Shown one piece after another: positions 11,821 through 25,228 of a DNA stretch of 64,000 bases. The notes under the pieces are model-generated. The model was not told the DNA's origin and ran no database searches. It saw only the letters and a program-made list of their open reading frames with translations. Numbering within the stretch: the stretch's first letter is position 1; each line of letters opens with the position of its first letter. The stretch comes from Zygnema circumcarinatum SAG 698-1b. Its lineage: Eukaryota > Plantae > Zygnematophyceae. The position numbers and the translations under genes are program-made. The stretch spans positions 7,169,909 through 7,233,908 of the forward strand of contig CM074804.1 of assembly GCA_037447605.1 (NCBI GenBank), read 5' to 3'.

Positions 11821-13613
11821 TCACTGATTTTTCTTGGCTTCCGGAATCTTCTTCATGACCTGCTTTATCTTATCCTCTGCTACAATCCACAACTTGTGCA
11901 GTTCATCCAAGCCACGCTTCAAATGCTCGTCAACCTGGTCCTCATATTTGTCATAGAACATAGGTACAGTGAACAGGACAAAAACACCTGCAAGGTACAA
12001 ATGAACAAGTCACTCAAATTCACGATCAATAGCAGTTACAAAGTTTAAGTGACTGAGACAAAAGCTTCTGCACAGGAGCCTATACATGCGAGGGAAAATC
12101 CTGAGACTCAGTTAAGCTGCCGCAATGAAAATGTTGAAAAAAAAAACTCTTATGACATCCACAATATAATAACGGTCAAGATTACAGGAAAAAAGCACAA
12201 ATTAAAACGTCAGAAGAAGACATTGGTAAACCGCTGGAAGGACGTTCAGTGCAAAAGATAAACCTCCCATAATAATCTTGAACTCACCAAAGAAGATCAA
12301 CGTCAACGAATTAGCCAAGCCACCGATGACTGCCAAGGCATAGAGCCCAGCGACGACCTGCAACGAGGAGAATGCATTAGACAGGACAACAAGAATATAA
12401 TTCACGCTACCAGGACGAGTCGCCTTCCAACCCTTCAATTAAAACGTATATATCTAGAAATCACTGCACCAGCCAAACAATCGGCAAAACTAATACACAA
12501 TAAACTGAAGTACTTGTTTCGTTCATATCGCTAACCTTCGCGAAGAGCTTATAGTCTTTGCCAAGCGCAACGCTATGGGCGACAGCAAGAGCTCTGTTGA
12601 CCTCCATGCGCACGGTATGCGCAAAACGCTGGACTGTTTCCTCACTGAGAGAAAGCTCTGGAAGCGGAGGTGGAGGTCTGCAATACAAGACAAGCAATCC
12701 GTCATTCATGAGATAGTACATGCAACGGTATGCACGGAATCTCATGTCAGAGCCTGTGATCCAGCTATCCAGCTATCCAGCGATGTTCAGGGGCCGATTC
12801 ACAATCTAAAATCAAACATAATTTGAGTTCATGAACATTTCGCATCGCATAATACTGGCCTACCCTACATCAGTAAGAAATAAAGAGTACTTGCGAAGTT
12901 ACATATCAGAGGACCAAACAAAATGGCAACTGCAGAAGTCCTTGAAAAGATGTCAACGAGCAGACAGCACATCAAAGGTTTGAGGAATATCTTACCTGTT
13001 GAGAAAATGGGCTGCTTGTGCCCAGATGAACACAATAAAGACAAGGATAATGGCTGAGTTAGCAAGAAGAGTCAGAACCGTGTAGTTCGAACGCTCGAAC
13101 AGGTAGTAGATCCCAGCCGCGGTCGAAAGGATACCAGCGCTCATTTGCCACTTTTTCCACAGCAGCACATCAGCCGCTGCAAAACAAGAAAGATGGAGTC
13201 ATATAACTACAGGAAAATGAGGGTCTATCGTCCAGGACTTAAAAAAAGGAACCTATCGAAATCAACCTCAAAAGCAGAACGGCGGATAGAGGTCCACTTC
13301 TTTGTCCACTCTTCCCCATTTCCAGGTACTGTGCAGTCAAAATGCACAAAGAAAAACGCACAGTTCACGGACATGAAATTCAACAAACTCATATGCCAAG
13401 CCACACCGTAACCTGTCCAAATCGTCGAGAAAGCCTAGGCCATACACTGCATAGGCTGCCTATCGACCTCTTCCACCACTCACCATGTCCACCACCTAGC
13501 ATAGAATGCACGTTGCGAGTCCTCCCAAACAGCCTCTGCTTCGATGCAGCCACAGACCCGCCTGTCGGAGGCTCCGGCAGCACTGAATCCACACCATTGC
13601 TTGAATCCGCCAT
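11821..13613 (-). CDS. RTNLB: Reticulon-like protein (RTNLB family), 229 aa
   Basis: Exons 13613-13484, 13176-12996, 12677-12536, 12357-12288 and 11987-11821 total 690 nt. Motifs LFGR.R.VHSMLGGG, ADVLLWK, PPPLPELSLSEE, FTVPMFYDKYEDQVD. Confidence 0.95.
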
Positions 13614-13859
13614 CGCTATCACTTCCTCTCCCTAACGAACACTCCGACCTCTTCTGCAAACTACCCCACACACTCCTTCCAAACCACCTCTCCTTCCAAG
13701 CAACCCTCCCCTCCTCCTTCCACGAAAAGCTCTTTCTTTCCAAGCGCGCCCTGAAAGCAAGCTTTCTGCAAGTCCCCTCTTTCTCCTAGTCCTGCCTTTG
13801 ACGCAAGAAAGCCAGCCAGCAAGCAAACCAGAGGAAGCTCCGTTCAAAATCCTTTCGTG

Positions 13860-14430
13860 TCCTTGGGCCCTTTCAACCTGCCCGCGCCCCCTCCTGGCCG
13901 ACCGCCCCGCCCCGATCGACGGCCGCCAGACCCGTCCACGTGGATCGGACGGCTCTCCGCAAAGCGCCCCCGCCCGAGGCCTCTGGAAGGGCCAAGCCCG
14001 GGCAGAAAAAACGATTTGCGAGGCCTCTGGAAGGCCCAGGCCGGGCAGAAAAAAAGATTTGCGCGCGCGGAGCCGTTGGCACGTGGCGGGCGGGCGCGGC
14101 CGCAGGGTCTCTGTGGCGGCCCGGGGACCAGCGCAGGCCCGCGCTCCGCCACGTGCGGGCGGGTGCCCCAGAGCCGTTCACACGGCGAGGGCGGGTCGTC
14201 GTTGTCAGTGGGGACTCCCGAGGATGTGGGATGGGGTCTGCGAATGCGAGGGAGGCGACGACAGGATATTTTGTTTTATGGGAGGGATCGCGCGTTACGC
14301 TACGTAACGTCATGTGGCGTCACGTCATGGGGCTCGTGTGGAACGACATGGATCATGGGCGACATGGATGGATGGAGGGCTAGGGCTAGTGCTAGGGCTA
14401 GGGCCCGAGTTGGGGGGCTGAGGTAGAGAG
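13860..14430. promoter_or_regulatory. GC/CpG-rich island upstream of the reticulon gene with G-boxes and an ACGT cluster
   Basis: CCACGTGG at 13936, GCACGTGGC at 14079, GCCACGTG at 14148; TACGTAACGTCA..CGTCACGTCA at about 14301-14328. Confidence 0.5.
13976..14062. repeat. Two-copy 43-44 bp tandem duplication
   Basis: gaggcctctggaagg(g)ccaagcccgggcagaaaaaacgatttgc followed by gaggcctctggaaggcccaggccgggcagaaaaaaagatttgc. Confidence 0.85.
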
Positions 14431-14702
14431 GAGGGCCAACGATCGCTGGGTACAGTCGTGGTCGCGGAAAAGGGCGCGATCAAGTGCTCCTTTGTTTTAG
14501 AGTCTAAACTAGTCTATTTCTGTAAATGTATATAATATATAATTTCGTCTTTTTGTAAAGTGAGATCAATGCCAATTCTGCCAATGTGTCCATTCGCAAA
14601 TGGAGTGGTTCATGCCAAGCTGACATCATCACATGAGTCATCCAACATTGCATGCGAACAGCAACATCCAATGCATGCCATGGGCATGCCTGAGGGCATC
14701 CT

Positions 14703-17700
14703 CTAGCGGCCCATGAGATCTTCGAGATCTTGCTGCGCATCGTCCACCAGCTCCGAGAGCTGCTTTCTGCCCCCCCCTCTGCCTGCCCCGTCCTCATAGT
14801 AATGCGCCGCTGTTCGGGCCCTCAACTCCTCCAACCCTTCTCCTTCTTTCGCTCTCTCCAGAACCTGTCGGCCACATTCACACCATTCATTATTCCGTCA
14901 GAAAACAGGCAGCAGCAGTGGCAGTAACAGCCCTGTTTGTCTGTATGTCCCTCTACAACCGGCAATTGGAGTGCAATGAAAGGGGGTGTACAGTGAAATG
15001 GGGCTCAAGAATGCAGGTGAGTCGCAGCAGATAAAGTATGCAGGCCTAGAGAAGAGGAGGCCTGACCAGATGTCGCCCGTACAGATGAGTGCTCTGCAGG
15101 GCGTTGAAAGCATTCTGCGCCTCTTGCCGGGTCACAAACTCGATGAATGCAAATCCGCGATGGCTGCCATCAAACTTTTTGGGCAGTCGCATGCTCTTAA
15201 TCTGCACGTTTGTGAGCTAATGCGTTAAATCAGCAGAACTCAACATCAGACCTGAGATTCCATCTAGGAGCTACAGACTACAGGAGGTTCAAGCAAAGCA
15301 TGCTCCGTCACATATTCCCATGCAGTTGCTTGACCATCATCATCAACACTGAATTTGGGAACATCTTGATGAACTTCACTGACATATTGGAAGGGTTCGT
15401 ACCTGTCCAAACGGATCAAAAAGCTGTCGAATGTCCTTCTTTGTGGCCTCAAAAGCCTGTATCCCCACAGGTCAAAGGTCAAAGCTCCACTACCTAAAGA
15501 CCAACTGGGGGTATCTCTTACTATAGACTCGAGGATCAGAGGAGAAGAAAGTCTCATAGCAACCAAATACAGATTTCCCTCCGAGCACTGTCTTCATCTT
15601 CTCAAGCAAGAACACACACAGTTGTGACCTAATCATATAGCCAAAGGGTTAGAAACCATACCACGTTCCGGACAATTATCTTCGTGGAACTTCCTTCTGT
15701 CTTCTTCGCCGCCTTTTTGCCTTCTTCTGCATGTGGCGCTGCTGCTTGGCGGCCATGGCTGAGCTGGCAGACCAACGCATGGCCATCAAGAACGGTGCCC
15801 TAACCACAACGAACCCCACCACCTCCCATTGGTCACTTCTAAAATGAAAACAAAATGCCCACAATGGTTTTTACCTCGTTTACCTCCCTCCCTTTCTAGA
15901 CGTTAAGAAGACTTCAGGTGAGTCAGGATGTTCGGTCGATTAGGCAATCATGAGAAGCTGTTTTCGAACAATGAGTGCTGATGCTATACACATTGTGGCA
16001 ACAGTTTAAACAAGGCTTCCTAGCAAAGGACATTGCCTTCAAAAGTGATTATTCTTGAGTGATGCGTTAGGGAACAGTAGAAGGTTGTGGTTCACGTTTG
16101 AAAGGAGGAGTGATACTTTGATGGCGCATCAAAAGTAATCAATGGCAAGGTTTTGTTCGCCGTGCTTTATCGGAAAATTCCATGCAAGCCTTCCGCTTAA
16201 GCAATGTTTGCCGGTCAAAGGAGTGACATGATGAATACTAAAAACACACCTGCAGCTGTTTCCGTGCTGCTTTAGCTGATTCTATGCTGCTGAATTCCGC
16301 AAACCCGAAGCCCATAGAAAGCTCCTTCCCGTTTGCCGCCTTCTTCTTCTTTATCTGCCTCCAATAAAACAGCTCACCACCCTCTCCCTCTTGCATTCAG
16401 CCAGGTCAACAAAACCAGGAATTGCTTACCTCACTTTTAGATGTTTGTTTCCACATGCGCAAAGAACACAGGGCTCGTGCTCTAACTCACCACGACACTC
16501 CGCAGCGTACCGCTTTCCACCACCTTTTCTATGTGTGCTCGCAATTCCTTCTCAGTTGTACGGAAGTTCAAGTTTTTCACAAAGAGTGATCGCGCCTGCA
16601 CACACCCCTTCCCACACGTATTCTCATCTCTCCACAAACTTTGCCTCATGGACCCTCCCCAACATTCCTGAGCTGACTTCTCCCTCCAAAGCATTGCCCC
16701 AATGAGAGCTCAACAAACCCACCTCCGCTGCCTCCCCCTCGTCCTCCCCTGCAAGCCCCTCCATAGCCTCCATTCGCCGCACTTGCCCTTCGTCTACCAC
16801 AACAGCTCCCTTGCCTTCGTTTCGGATCGGTTTCGAGTGCCCTTCCACAAATATGCCCTTTGGGGCCCATTCCAAGTAGAGCGGCACATGTCTGCCACGC
16901 CAACATTCACGGAGAAAGAACGGTGAATGGAGACTGAAGCCATGACAGAGGAGTGATAAACAAAAGGTGGGAGGGAAGTGTGTCTCTTCTAAGACTCTGT
17001 CACTCTCTCTCTCCCTCAGACTCCGGGGCTTTCAACTAAACATTGGCAGCCGGCAGACTGTCATATCCTGGAAAGCACGGCCAACGCGTTAGACTTACTG
17101 AAATCGTTTGTATGCGAGTCCCTTGAAACCACGCCTCGCATCTGCAGCCTCCATATATTCCACCTGCCAGCAATTCAAGGCATTTTTAGTCGAGTGTAGG
17201 CACACCATACTACAGAAAATTTCCCCATACCAAACAGAGAAACGCTGAAGGCGTCTATCGTCGTCCCCATCTCTCTCCCATTTTCTCTCTCTCACTCACG
17301 CAACACTCTCCCCGCCACTCCCACCTTAGTGATATAGATCTCAATGAGGACTCCTCTCCCTCTCCCCGCTTTTCCTCTTTCCTTTTGCAAATTCTCACAC
17401 TCCCCCCCCCCCCTTCTATACAAGTCAACCCCCAAACAACCAAAGATACCACTTTTCACCCTCGAGCTGCTTCAGCAGGGTACTGCCAAACTCACAAGAG
17501 CAAGAGTCTTGGTGGAGGGAAGGATCACTCTTCCCAGCCCTCCGAACTTCCCAAACATGCCAATGAGGTCAGCCTCCCCAGCGGAGAATGGCAGATTCTT
17601 AACAAGGATCACCCGATCACTCCGTTCCTTGTTACTGCGACTGCTGCCATGTGCAGCGAAGCTCTCCAACTCCTCCACATTGACCCCTTCCGTCTGCAGA

Positions 17701-20700
17701 ATTCGCTTTGTCTCTGCTACAATATGGGTCTCTCCAAGTGCAAGCCTCACAGCCAAATCGTTTGCTTCGGGGTTGAGAAGCTCTCTCTTCTCAATGCCAT
17801 ACTTTTGTGCCACATTTTCTGCCACCTGACTCACCCAATAACAACAAACAATCCTGCCCTTCAGTGATGCGACAACGACCACCTTTCTTTCCCTCCATTA
17901 GTCCCATCCACTATTGGCTTTTATAAACCAAGTTTATGTACCCTCTTGCAGGATTGCTCGCACACACACCGTATCGGGACGCATGAATAGACTGCTCCAA
18001 GCTTGGGTCCCTCCGGACAGCTCATTGGCTTTCCGCTGCTCTTCCCTTTCCTGTTTGTATTGGCTCATTCCCGGTCCCTTCAGCTTGTCCTTCCCTCTGT
18101 CCATCGTCCCACGAGAATTCAGTCTACAAAAGCCCTAAACGAACGTGAGGGCGAGCCGATAGGTGGCTAGAACAAACAATCAGCAGAATCTAACACAGGT
18201 CTCTGCTGCAAGGATGGGATATATTCGAACCTTCTGGATGCCTTAAAGCTGCTTGGAAAGCCGGTCATACCTGTCTTCCGGAGGGGGAGGAGGACGATGT
18301 GCGGGAAGAATGTGGAGCAGGCGGCCTTGGAAAATGGACAGGTCAAGCTCTCTCATAGCCCTGAAGGAGGGTTTCACAAGGGCAGGCCCGGTATTACCCG
18401 TTTTTTAGAGTTAGAAGGGCAATAGGGGGAAGCCTGGGCAGTTGCTGAGCAAAGCTGAGCTCAAATCAAAGAAAGAGCTTTGAGGGTAAAAGGTTGTTGG
18501 ATCATGTAAATCATAAGCTGTTGCAGATGGAGAACATCTAAGCACTTGTCAACCTCTCGTGGAAGGAGTTGTCTGCTGCATCATATAGCGAGCGCAAATT
18601 GAATCTTTCGACCTGAACTGGCAAAGCCAACAAAGAGAAATGAGCTTGCAAAGGCTGGGATTAACTTACTTGACGGCATTCTCTGGTAGCATAAACAGCA
18701 CATAAGCAAAGCCCTTGGACCTCCGAGTCTCTTTGTCAACAACCAAGTGAACTTCGGAAAGCTCTCCGTATCTTGCGAAAAGCTCCCGCAAATCATCCTC
18801 ACTGCAGTCAGAAACCCCCCAAGTTCCCATGATGGGCTATGGATTCAGTCTTTACGAATCCCATTTCCAAGTTAGCGTCTATCCAAACTGAAACCTGCAC
18901 TTCCGTTTGAAAAGCTGTATGTCAAAGAGAGGTTACTTCAACCTCATGAAACTCTATGTAACACCACATTCACTACTATGAAGACCAAGTCACTCACTCA
19001 AGAACTCATCCTCCGCAATGACACTAACTTTAGTTATCAAGATCGTGAGCTCTTTATTTTACAAAGCTGTTGCCATCGTCACTTGCTAACCTTCTGAAAG
19101 CCATTCGCGAACTTATTTGTTGTCGGGGGTCATGCCAATCATCAACTCGAACTTTAAAAATACCTACATCCACTTGTCCTTACTATCATATACATTCTAC
19201 ATCGAAGTGCTGAGCCTTGTCCTCACCTTGCAGTGTAGCAAAGATTTCGCACAAAGAGCCTGCCAGTCTCCGCAACTCCTTCCTGTGCCTCTGCATCAAC
19301 CTCTCTCGGGCCCGCTTCCTCTTCATCACCGTATTGCGTGTCTTCCCTCTCGTCTTCATCGCGTTCTTCCTCGTCAACCACACCCTCTTCTGTTTTCTCT
19401 GCTAACTCTTCACTTTCTTCATCCTCTGAGTGCTTTACATCCTCCACTTCTCCGCCCTCCTCGTCCTCTTCCTCCCCTTCCGCACCTTCCTCCTCGTCTT
19501 CGTGTTCCTCTTCCCAGTTATGCTTCACCCTTTTCTTCAGGTAATCCATGTCTGACACAGCTTCATCGTGCACCACACCCTCCTCCTCGTCATTTTTCTC
19601 GTCAGATAAAACATCGTCGTTTATGCTCCGCTTATTGCTTGCCAACTGCACCACCCCTTCCTCATCCTCATCTTCCTGCAGCTCGTTGTCATAGAGCTCC
19701 TCGCTTTCATCGTCGCTTTGGTCGAAACTGTCTTCATCACTCTCGGCCTGTTTGAACTTTTTTCCGTTTTCATGGGGGTTTACCTCCACTTTTTTCTTTT
19801 GCTTCCTTGGTTTACCATCCTCTTCAGGCATGTCGCCTTTCCGTTTTTTACCTGATTTCTCGGCTTGGACTCTTCCTGGACCAGCAACAGGTGCTTCTCC
19901 CGTGTCATTTGCCCACACTTTCCTTTTACTTGACGGAAGCATAACCTCCAAAAACTCCTCCAACAAAGGGTCATCTTCATTCGCAAGATCATCCCTGCCT
20001 TCGCCGGTTTTCTTAGTCCTCTTCTGTTTTTCTTTTGTATCGCTTTCCTTTCCCTTCTTCACTCCTTTCTTTGCAATAACCTCCTCGTTCTGCGTTTCAT
20101 TGGCTATCACCTTCTGATGTGCCGAGCTGCCCTCAGAGTACCTGCTCCATGGACGACTTAGATGCGAATCTCCAATAGCCCAGGCAAGCTGCATGTAGGG
20201 CAGGCAAAGCCAAAGGTACTTGTCATTCCACCGTAACGTGATGCGATGGAAAGTTTCTCAAGAAGCTCTTCCAGAATTCAGTGTTTGGAGAACTTACTAG
20301 TGAAGAGTTGAGTTGGATGTCAGCAAAACACGCTTACGGCACTATTCTATATTGGGTGTTGCCGTCGCAACCCATAGGAACACAGAGTAATGGTCCAACA
20401 AATGCAACGACAACGTTAATATCTCATTGCCTTTCGTACGAGCATAAGAAATGAGAGATGAGTTTGTCGTTTTCTTTATTTACAGGCTTCCCGTTCAAAA
20501 ACAAGATAAATGGAGTAGCCTTCACTATCAACTGTAACATCATAAACAGAACAGTTAAATTGAACCCATAGGGGCTAACATTCAATTTTTGGCATACTGA
20601 ACACGAAACATATGGCACGCGGTCCATACTATGAAAGATTACGCTCTCAAAAGGTCCATATGTTTTAACATATGAAGAGAATGGCGTAGACGTGTCAAAG

Positions 20701-21687
20701 GCAGTAAGCTAAGCTAGGGGGCTAGGGCTATGGGGATTTCGTTTAGTATAGACACCCATTCTTACCTACATGAGAACGAGTTTTGGGGTACTCTGAAGAA
20801 GGAATTATCCATGATTGCATGGACTAATGCCTTAGTCTAATGCCATCGAATGAATTGCCATTTAATGCCTTGTTGAAAAGCAAGTGCAGGGACTTGGCAA
20901 CACAAAAGCTAGCCCCATCCTGGTTGGCTTTGTTCATTTACCTCACAGGTCAAGCGAGAGGTGTCTAAGAAGGATCGGTCAAAGTAATCCACAGCCGCTT
21001 GTGCCTCCTCATCAGTTCGAAAACCCACGAAGCCGAATTGCCGCGAAGAACCATCGCTGTTCAACCATAGAACTGTACAGTAAGCCTAAAAAATTGAACA
21101 AACTATACATCCAAAGCAAGAACTCTTCAAGAAAATGGTGATGCAGAATCTGCCAATGCGGGTAGGCTGCAATATCCAAATGCTTGACACAATTGAAAGA
21201 GAACAGTGCCATAAGCCTCCTTATAACTCATCCGCCCTCTAAAGTGAAACTTTTTCGATAGTTAACTTTAAACTTTTAATTCTCAGGCCTTGAGGCATGC
21301 GCGAGTGCATGCTCGGCTAAACTTTAATAAGGAAGCTCCTATTTCTACTTTTTTCTAATATGCCAGGATGAACTCTTCAAAGCTGCTGTTAGGGCAAAGT
21401 TAGAGTTAGACGATACCTGGTTCGGATAATCTTGGCATCAGTCACTTCTCCTTTGGCAGAAAAATGCTCCCTAAGACGTTCGTCTGTCAAATACCAGGGC
21501 AAGTTTTTCACGCAGATGCGCGACCTGAATAAACAGCAGTAAGGACATCAATTCGGATGGCCACAATGCAAGCGAGCTGGAGGCCTGTTTGGACAGCAAG
21601 AGAGGTTCAAATATCAGTCTCGAAACAGGAGCTCAGCCGAAAGAGAAGCCCTTTCCATGCGCGGGCCCATGGCACGAAAGCTCACAT
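14703..21687 (-). CDS. RBM19: RNA-binding protein 19 / Mrd1 (multi-RRM 18S rRNA processing factor)
   Basis: N-terminal (M)[18 protein letters not shown]; SRQFGFVGF; acidic linker 19223-20194; [10 protein letters not shown]; [10 protein letters not shown]; [11 protein letters not shown]; LVKNLPF; VPLYLEWAP; LFVKNLNF; SMGFGFAEF; [14 protein letters not shown]; last [26 protein letters not shown]. Stop TAG at 14703-14705. About 16 exons. Confidence 0.95.
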
Positions 21688-22140
21688 TGTGCTGCTATGT
21701 CCACGAAAGCTAACGCTATCCTCTTTATATCGTTCTGTCCTTAACTCCACTTGAGCTCCAGTGAAACCGTAATTCACTGAGCGGCTGCACTCTGCTGCTT
21801 TGTGCTGCAGCTATGCGTGCAGTTCAGGCGGGGAGAGCTTCAGAGTAGAAGAGTAAGGGCTCGTCGCTATCTCGGTGTTATTCTAAATAGGTTCCCTTGA
21901 AAGCAGTCTCTCCACTTTCCAAAGCGCCAGCGGTACTACAAAGCAACCCGCAGCCTCCTCGACAGCTACTTCGTAAAATAACAGACATCAAAGGCGGCTG
22001 GAAAGCACGCCGCCTTTTCGTAAGTGGGGCTCGCGACACCTTGCAAGTTTGCAGGAACTGTGGTCTGCGGGGCTCCTCCTGCGGTCCTTAGTGAGGGGAA
22101 CGAGGGGAGAGAAGGCGCAGAAAGAGAGGGCTGGAAGACC

Positions 22141-25100
22141 ATGCCGGTGCCCTTCGGAATCACAGCTCATGCTGGAGTTCAGCATGCTCCGTCCATTTTT
22201 GTGCCACAGGGAGCACGGCGAGGGGAGAGTTTGCAAGAGTTTAGCAGCAATGCACGGCTGCAAGCAAGACTCAGTCATTATAGCAGCTTAAGGACAGCAG
22301 TGCATCAACCCTCTCTTCCAATTGTTGCTCCTCTAGGAAAATTAGTCTATTCTAGTCAGATATTTGCAGTTCCTTCACAATTAGTTCATCTGGGCACAGT
22401 CAGCAGGTATGCATCTTATCAACGCCGAGTAGTCCAGCTGGCTCTAGCTTCTACAGTGACTTCGGAAGTTGTATCTGCCGCAGCTGTTGAAGTCACACCA
22501 GGAGGCTCTATGGGAGTAACTGTGCTGGTAAGCCATATAACATCCTTCGCACGGAATTCTTCATCTTTTCTTCCGCATCGATAACCTGAAGTTGGTTGAC
22601 AAATTTTTGGCGGTATAGGGAAAAGCATGCCTTGCTTGTGTCCTTTACATAGGCATGAACTTGTTGTCGTGGCTACTGAAAAGTTGTTGTGTTCAAGAAA
22701 TTGTCTTTGATTCGATAGCTCAAACTGTTTCATTCGAACGACATTCTTTTAGAGTTTTACGGGTATTTCAGGCCTCACATTGTGTGCTTAATTCTTAGTA
22801 AGCGATCATCTGTGAACACTGCAATGCAGTTCTCAATTCTGAGTTGAATTCTGCCCTACAGATCAATGGAGCGTCTGGGAAAATGGGTCAAGCAGTTGCA
22901 GAAGCAGCGTTAAAAGCTGGCCTTCAATTGGCGCCCTTTGCTTTGGCAGGGCCCAATGTGCCTAATCACAAGCTGGATGTCAGGGGCGTCACAATGGACG
23001 TTCATGGTACAGAACATAGGGACAAGATATTGGATCTGGCCCTTGCCCAACATCCGGACCTTATTATTGTGGACTACACCCTACCATCCGCTGTGAACAG
23101 TAAGTGCATTCATCAAGCGAATCACAAGAGGTCATATCTGCAAATACCATGTCAGGTTTCTCACTAATCCAGCCGAAAAGCATTTACAAGCGATTTGATT
23201 CGAATGCTGTGTCTATCAGCATGTTCTGAAACTTGACGAGGCTCCTCAGTCCAGTCGAGGAGGTCCTGTGAACCTCTGCTTCGTGTTCGTAGTGTTGAGT
23301 TTGAGGCTGAGTGCGAAACCCTTTGATTTCCTGCTCTTTTTCTGGCGAATGTTGGCATGTTTTTGCAGGCAACGCTGAATGGTACTGTCAACGAAGTGTT
23401 CCATTTGTCATGGGCACATCTGGTGGTGACCGGAAGAAACTGCTGGAGACAGTTGAGGCGGCAGGGACCTATGCTGTCATTGCTCCGCAAATGGGCAAGC
23501 AGGTGAGTCTCTACTTTTATCAGCGATATGGTTATTTAATCCTTCACGACTGGAACCTTTAATTGAAAGAAATCAAAGGAAGTTGCAAGCGTTAGAAGGC
23601 AATCTGGTCGCTTTGTTGCAGGACCGACGTGCATTTGATAGACTGTAGAATAAAATGGCTTACGGTCATCCACTTGCTATTTCTTACTCTTTGAGCTGCC
23701 GAACTTATCAATTCGGACAAAAATTGTCAATCGTCCATCTACATGGTGGCGCATACTTGATGAACTTGTTCATGGAACAAAGAACGAGTGATTGCATGAC
23801 TGCTGTGATGCTTCCTGGAAAACGTCAGACTTGGCATTCAGAATAGAATAGAACTACTAGAGACTAGAGCGAGTGCCGACAGGATCTTCCATAGGCATCT
23901 AAGGTCCTGATTTGTGGCAGGGCAGGGCTGCAGGTGGTCGCCTTCATAGCTGCAATGGAGGCTTTAGCTGAAGCCTGCCCGGGGGGCTTTTCAGGGTATA
24001 CTCTTCAGGTGAGCAGTACTGCTTAGTCTGCTCAATGGCTCCTTTCGACTTCTTTCCTCTCTTCCCTTGTCATGGTTCCAAGATGTATAACATGAGCGGT
24101 GTGCAGGTGACGGAGTCGCACCAAAGCACCAAAGTGGACACTTCGGGGACAGCAAAAGAAATCGTAGCTGTCTTTCAAAAATTGGGCATTGCCTTCAGCG
24201 TGGATGAGGTGAGTCAGGGATGGAATCCAACTGCCTTCTTTCCTTTTGCTTTCCTCCATTTTCCCCTCCTTTCATTTCGGGCTGACTTTCTCTCTCGTTC
24301 TCTCCGCCGAGCTCTGTTGGCACGCCAACTCACTGCACCTCCCTGTGTTATGGTAGCATTGTTCTTGATTCTCCGGTTCTAGGGTGGAAAAAGTTAAGCA
24401 TTTCGTAGACGAAATCTATCTGGGTAAGTCCAGACTCACCGCAGCATGAAGGGGCAAGGGCTTGTATCCTGAAACGGACATTTGACTGAGATTGCTTTTC
24501 ACTGATTTGTGTTGGGACTCGCTCAGATTGAGATGGTCCGCGAGCCAGCAGATCAAGTTGCACGAATGAAGGTCCCAGAGGAACATTTGAAGGGCCATGC
24601 TTTCCACACATACCGTGTGACATCAGCCGATGGAACGTGCGTATATCTCATTGCTTTACTTGAATGAACGGTTTCGGTAGACTTGTGGTTGTGGAGCAAA
24701 GGTTTAGCCCGTCTGATAAGGGAGGCTGTAAGATGACTGGGCTGTTAATCAGCTCGCTTTGATGAAATATAGAGATGGAGGTCTGTTTTGAGTCTGCCGA
24801 ACCATTCCAGCACTCTTGCAACTAACTGCCGATGCCAACTGGTGTGAACTGGAGGATATCCAAACTCACGATTCTTTCCTTAATAATACGCAGTGTGGCA
24901 TTCGAGTTCCAACACAACGTGTGTGGGCGGACAATATATGCGGAGGGTACAGTGGATGCTGTTCTCTTTCTTGCAAGAAAGGTGAGCATAGCAGATGCTC
25001 AAGCTGCATAGCGACCCTTGCTCGAGCTTTCACATAGCCCCCGCTTTCTGAAGCCTTAGCTCTCATATCAGTGAATTTGGAAGGGCTTCTTGCACAATTT

Positions 25101-25228
25101 TATTCTAGTGTTCTGTTTTGGAATTGTGATGACGTGGTTTGAGGCTGCTCTGCGTGCAGATCAAGGAGAAGGCAGAAAAGCGATTGTACAACATGGTTGA
25201 TGTTCTCCGGGGAGGGGCCATGCGGTAG
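22141..25228 (+). CDS. dapB: 4-hydroxy-tetrahydrodipicolinate reductase (plastid DapB), 8 exons
   Basis: Transit-like exon 22141-22527, then INGASGKMG, VDYTLP, PFVMGTSGG, APQMGKQ, VTESHQSTKVDTSGTAK, GHAFHTY, EFQHNVCGRTIYAEGTVDA, YNMVDVLRGGAMR*. The start codon is less certain. Confidence 0.93.

Noticed and set aside
13124-13132. GTATCCTT U12-like donor on the minus strand (a similar ATATCCTT lies at 420-427)
   Set aside because: The first lies inside a well-supported reticulon exon. The second has no matching branch point or exon context.
13798-14426. Several overlapping 100-190 aa Arg/Pro/Gly-rich ORFs (similar sets at 9227-9717 and 26259-26668)
   Set aside because: Expected from stop-codon scarcity in very GC-rich promoter islands; they are open on both strands with no domain signal.
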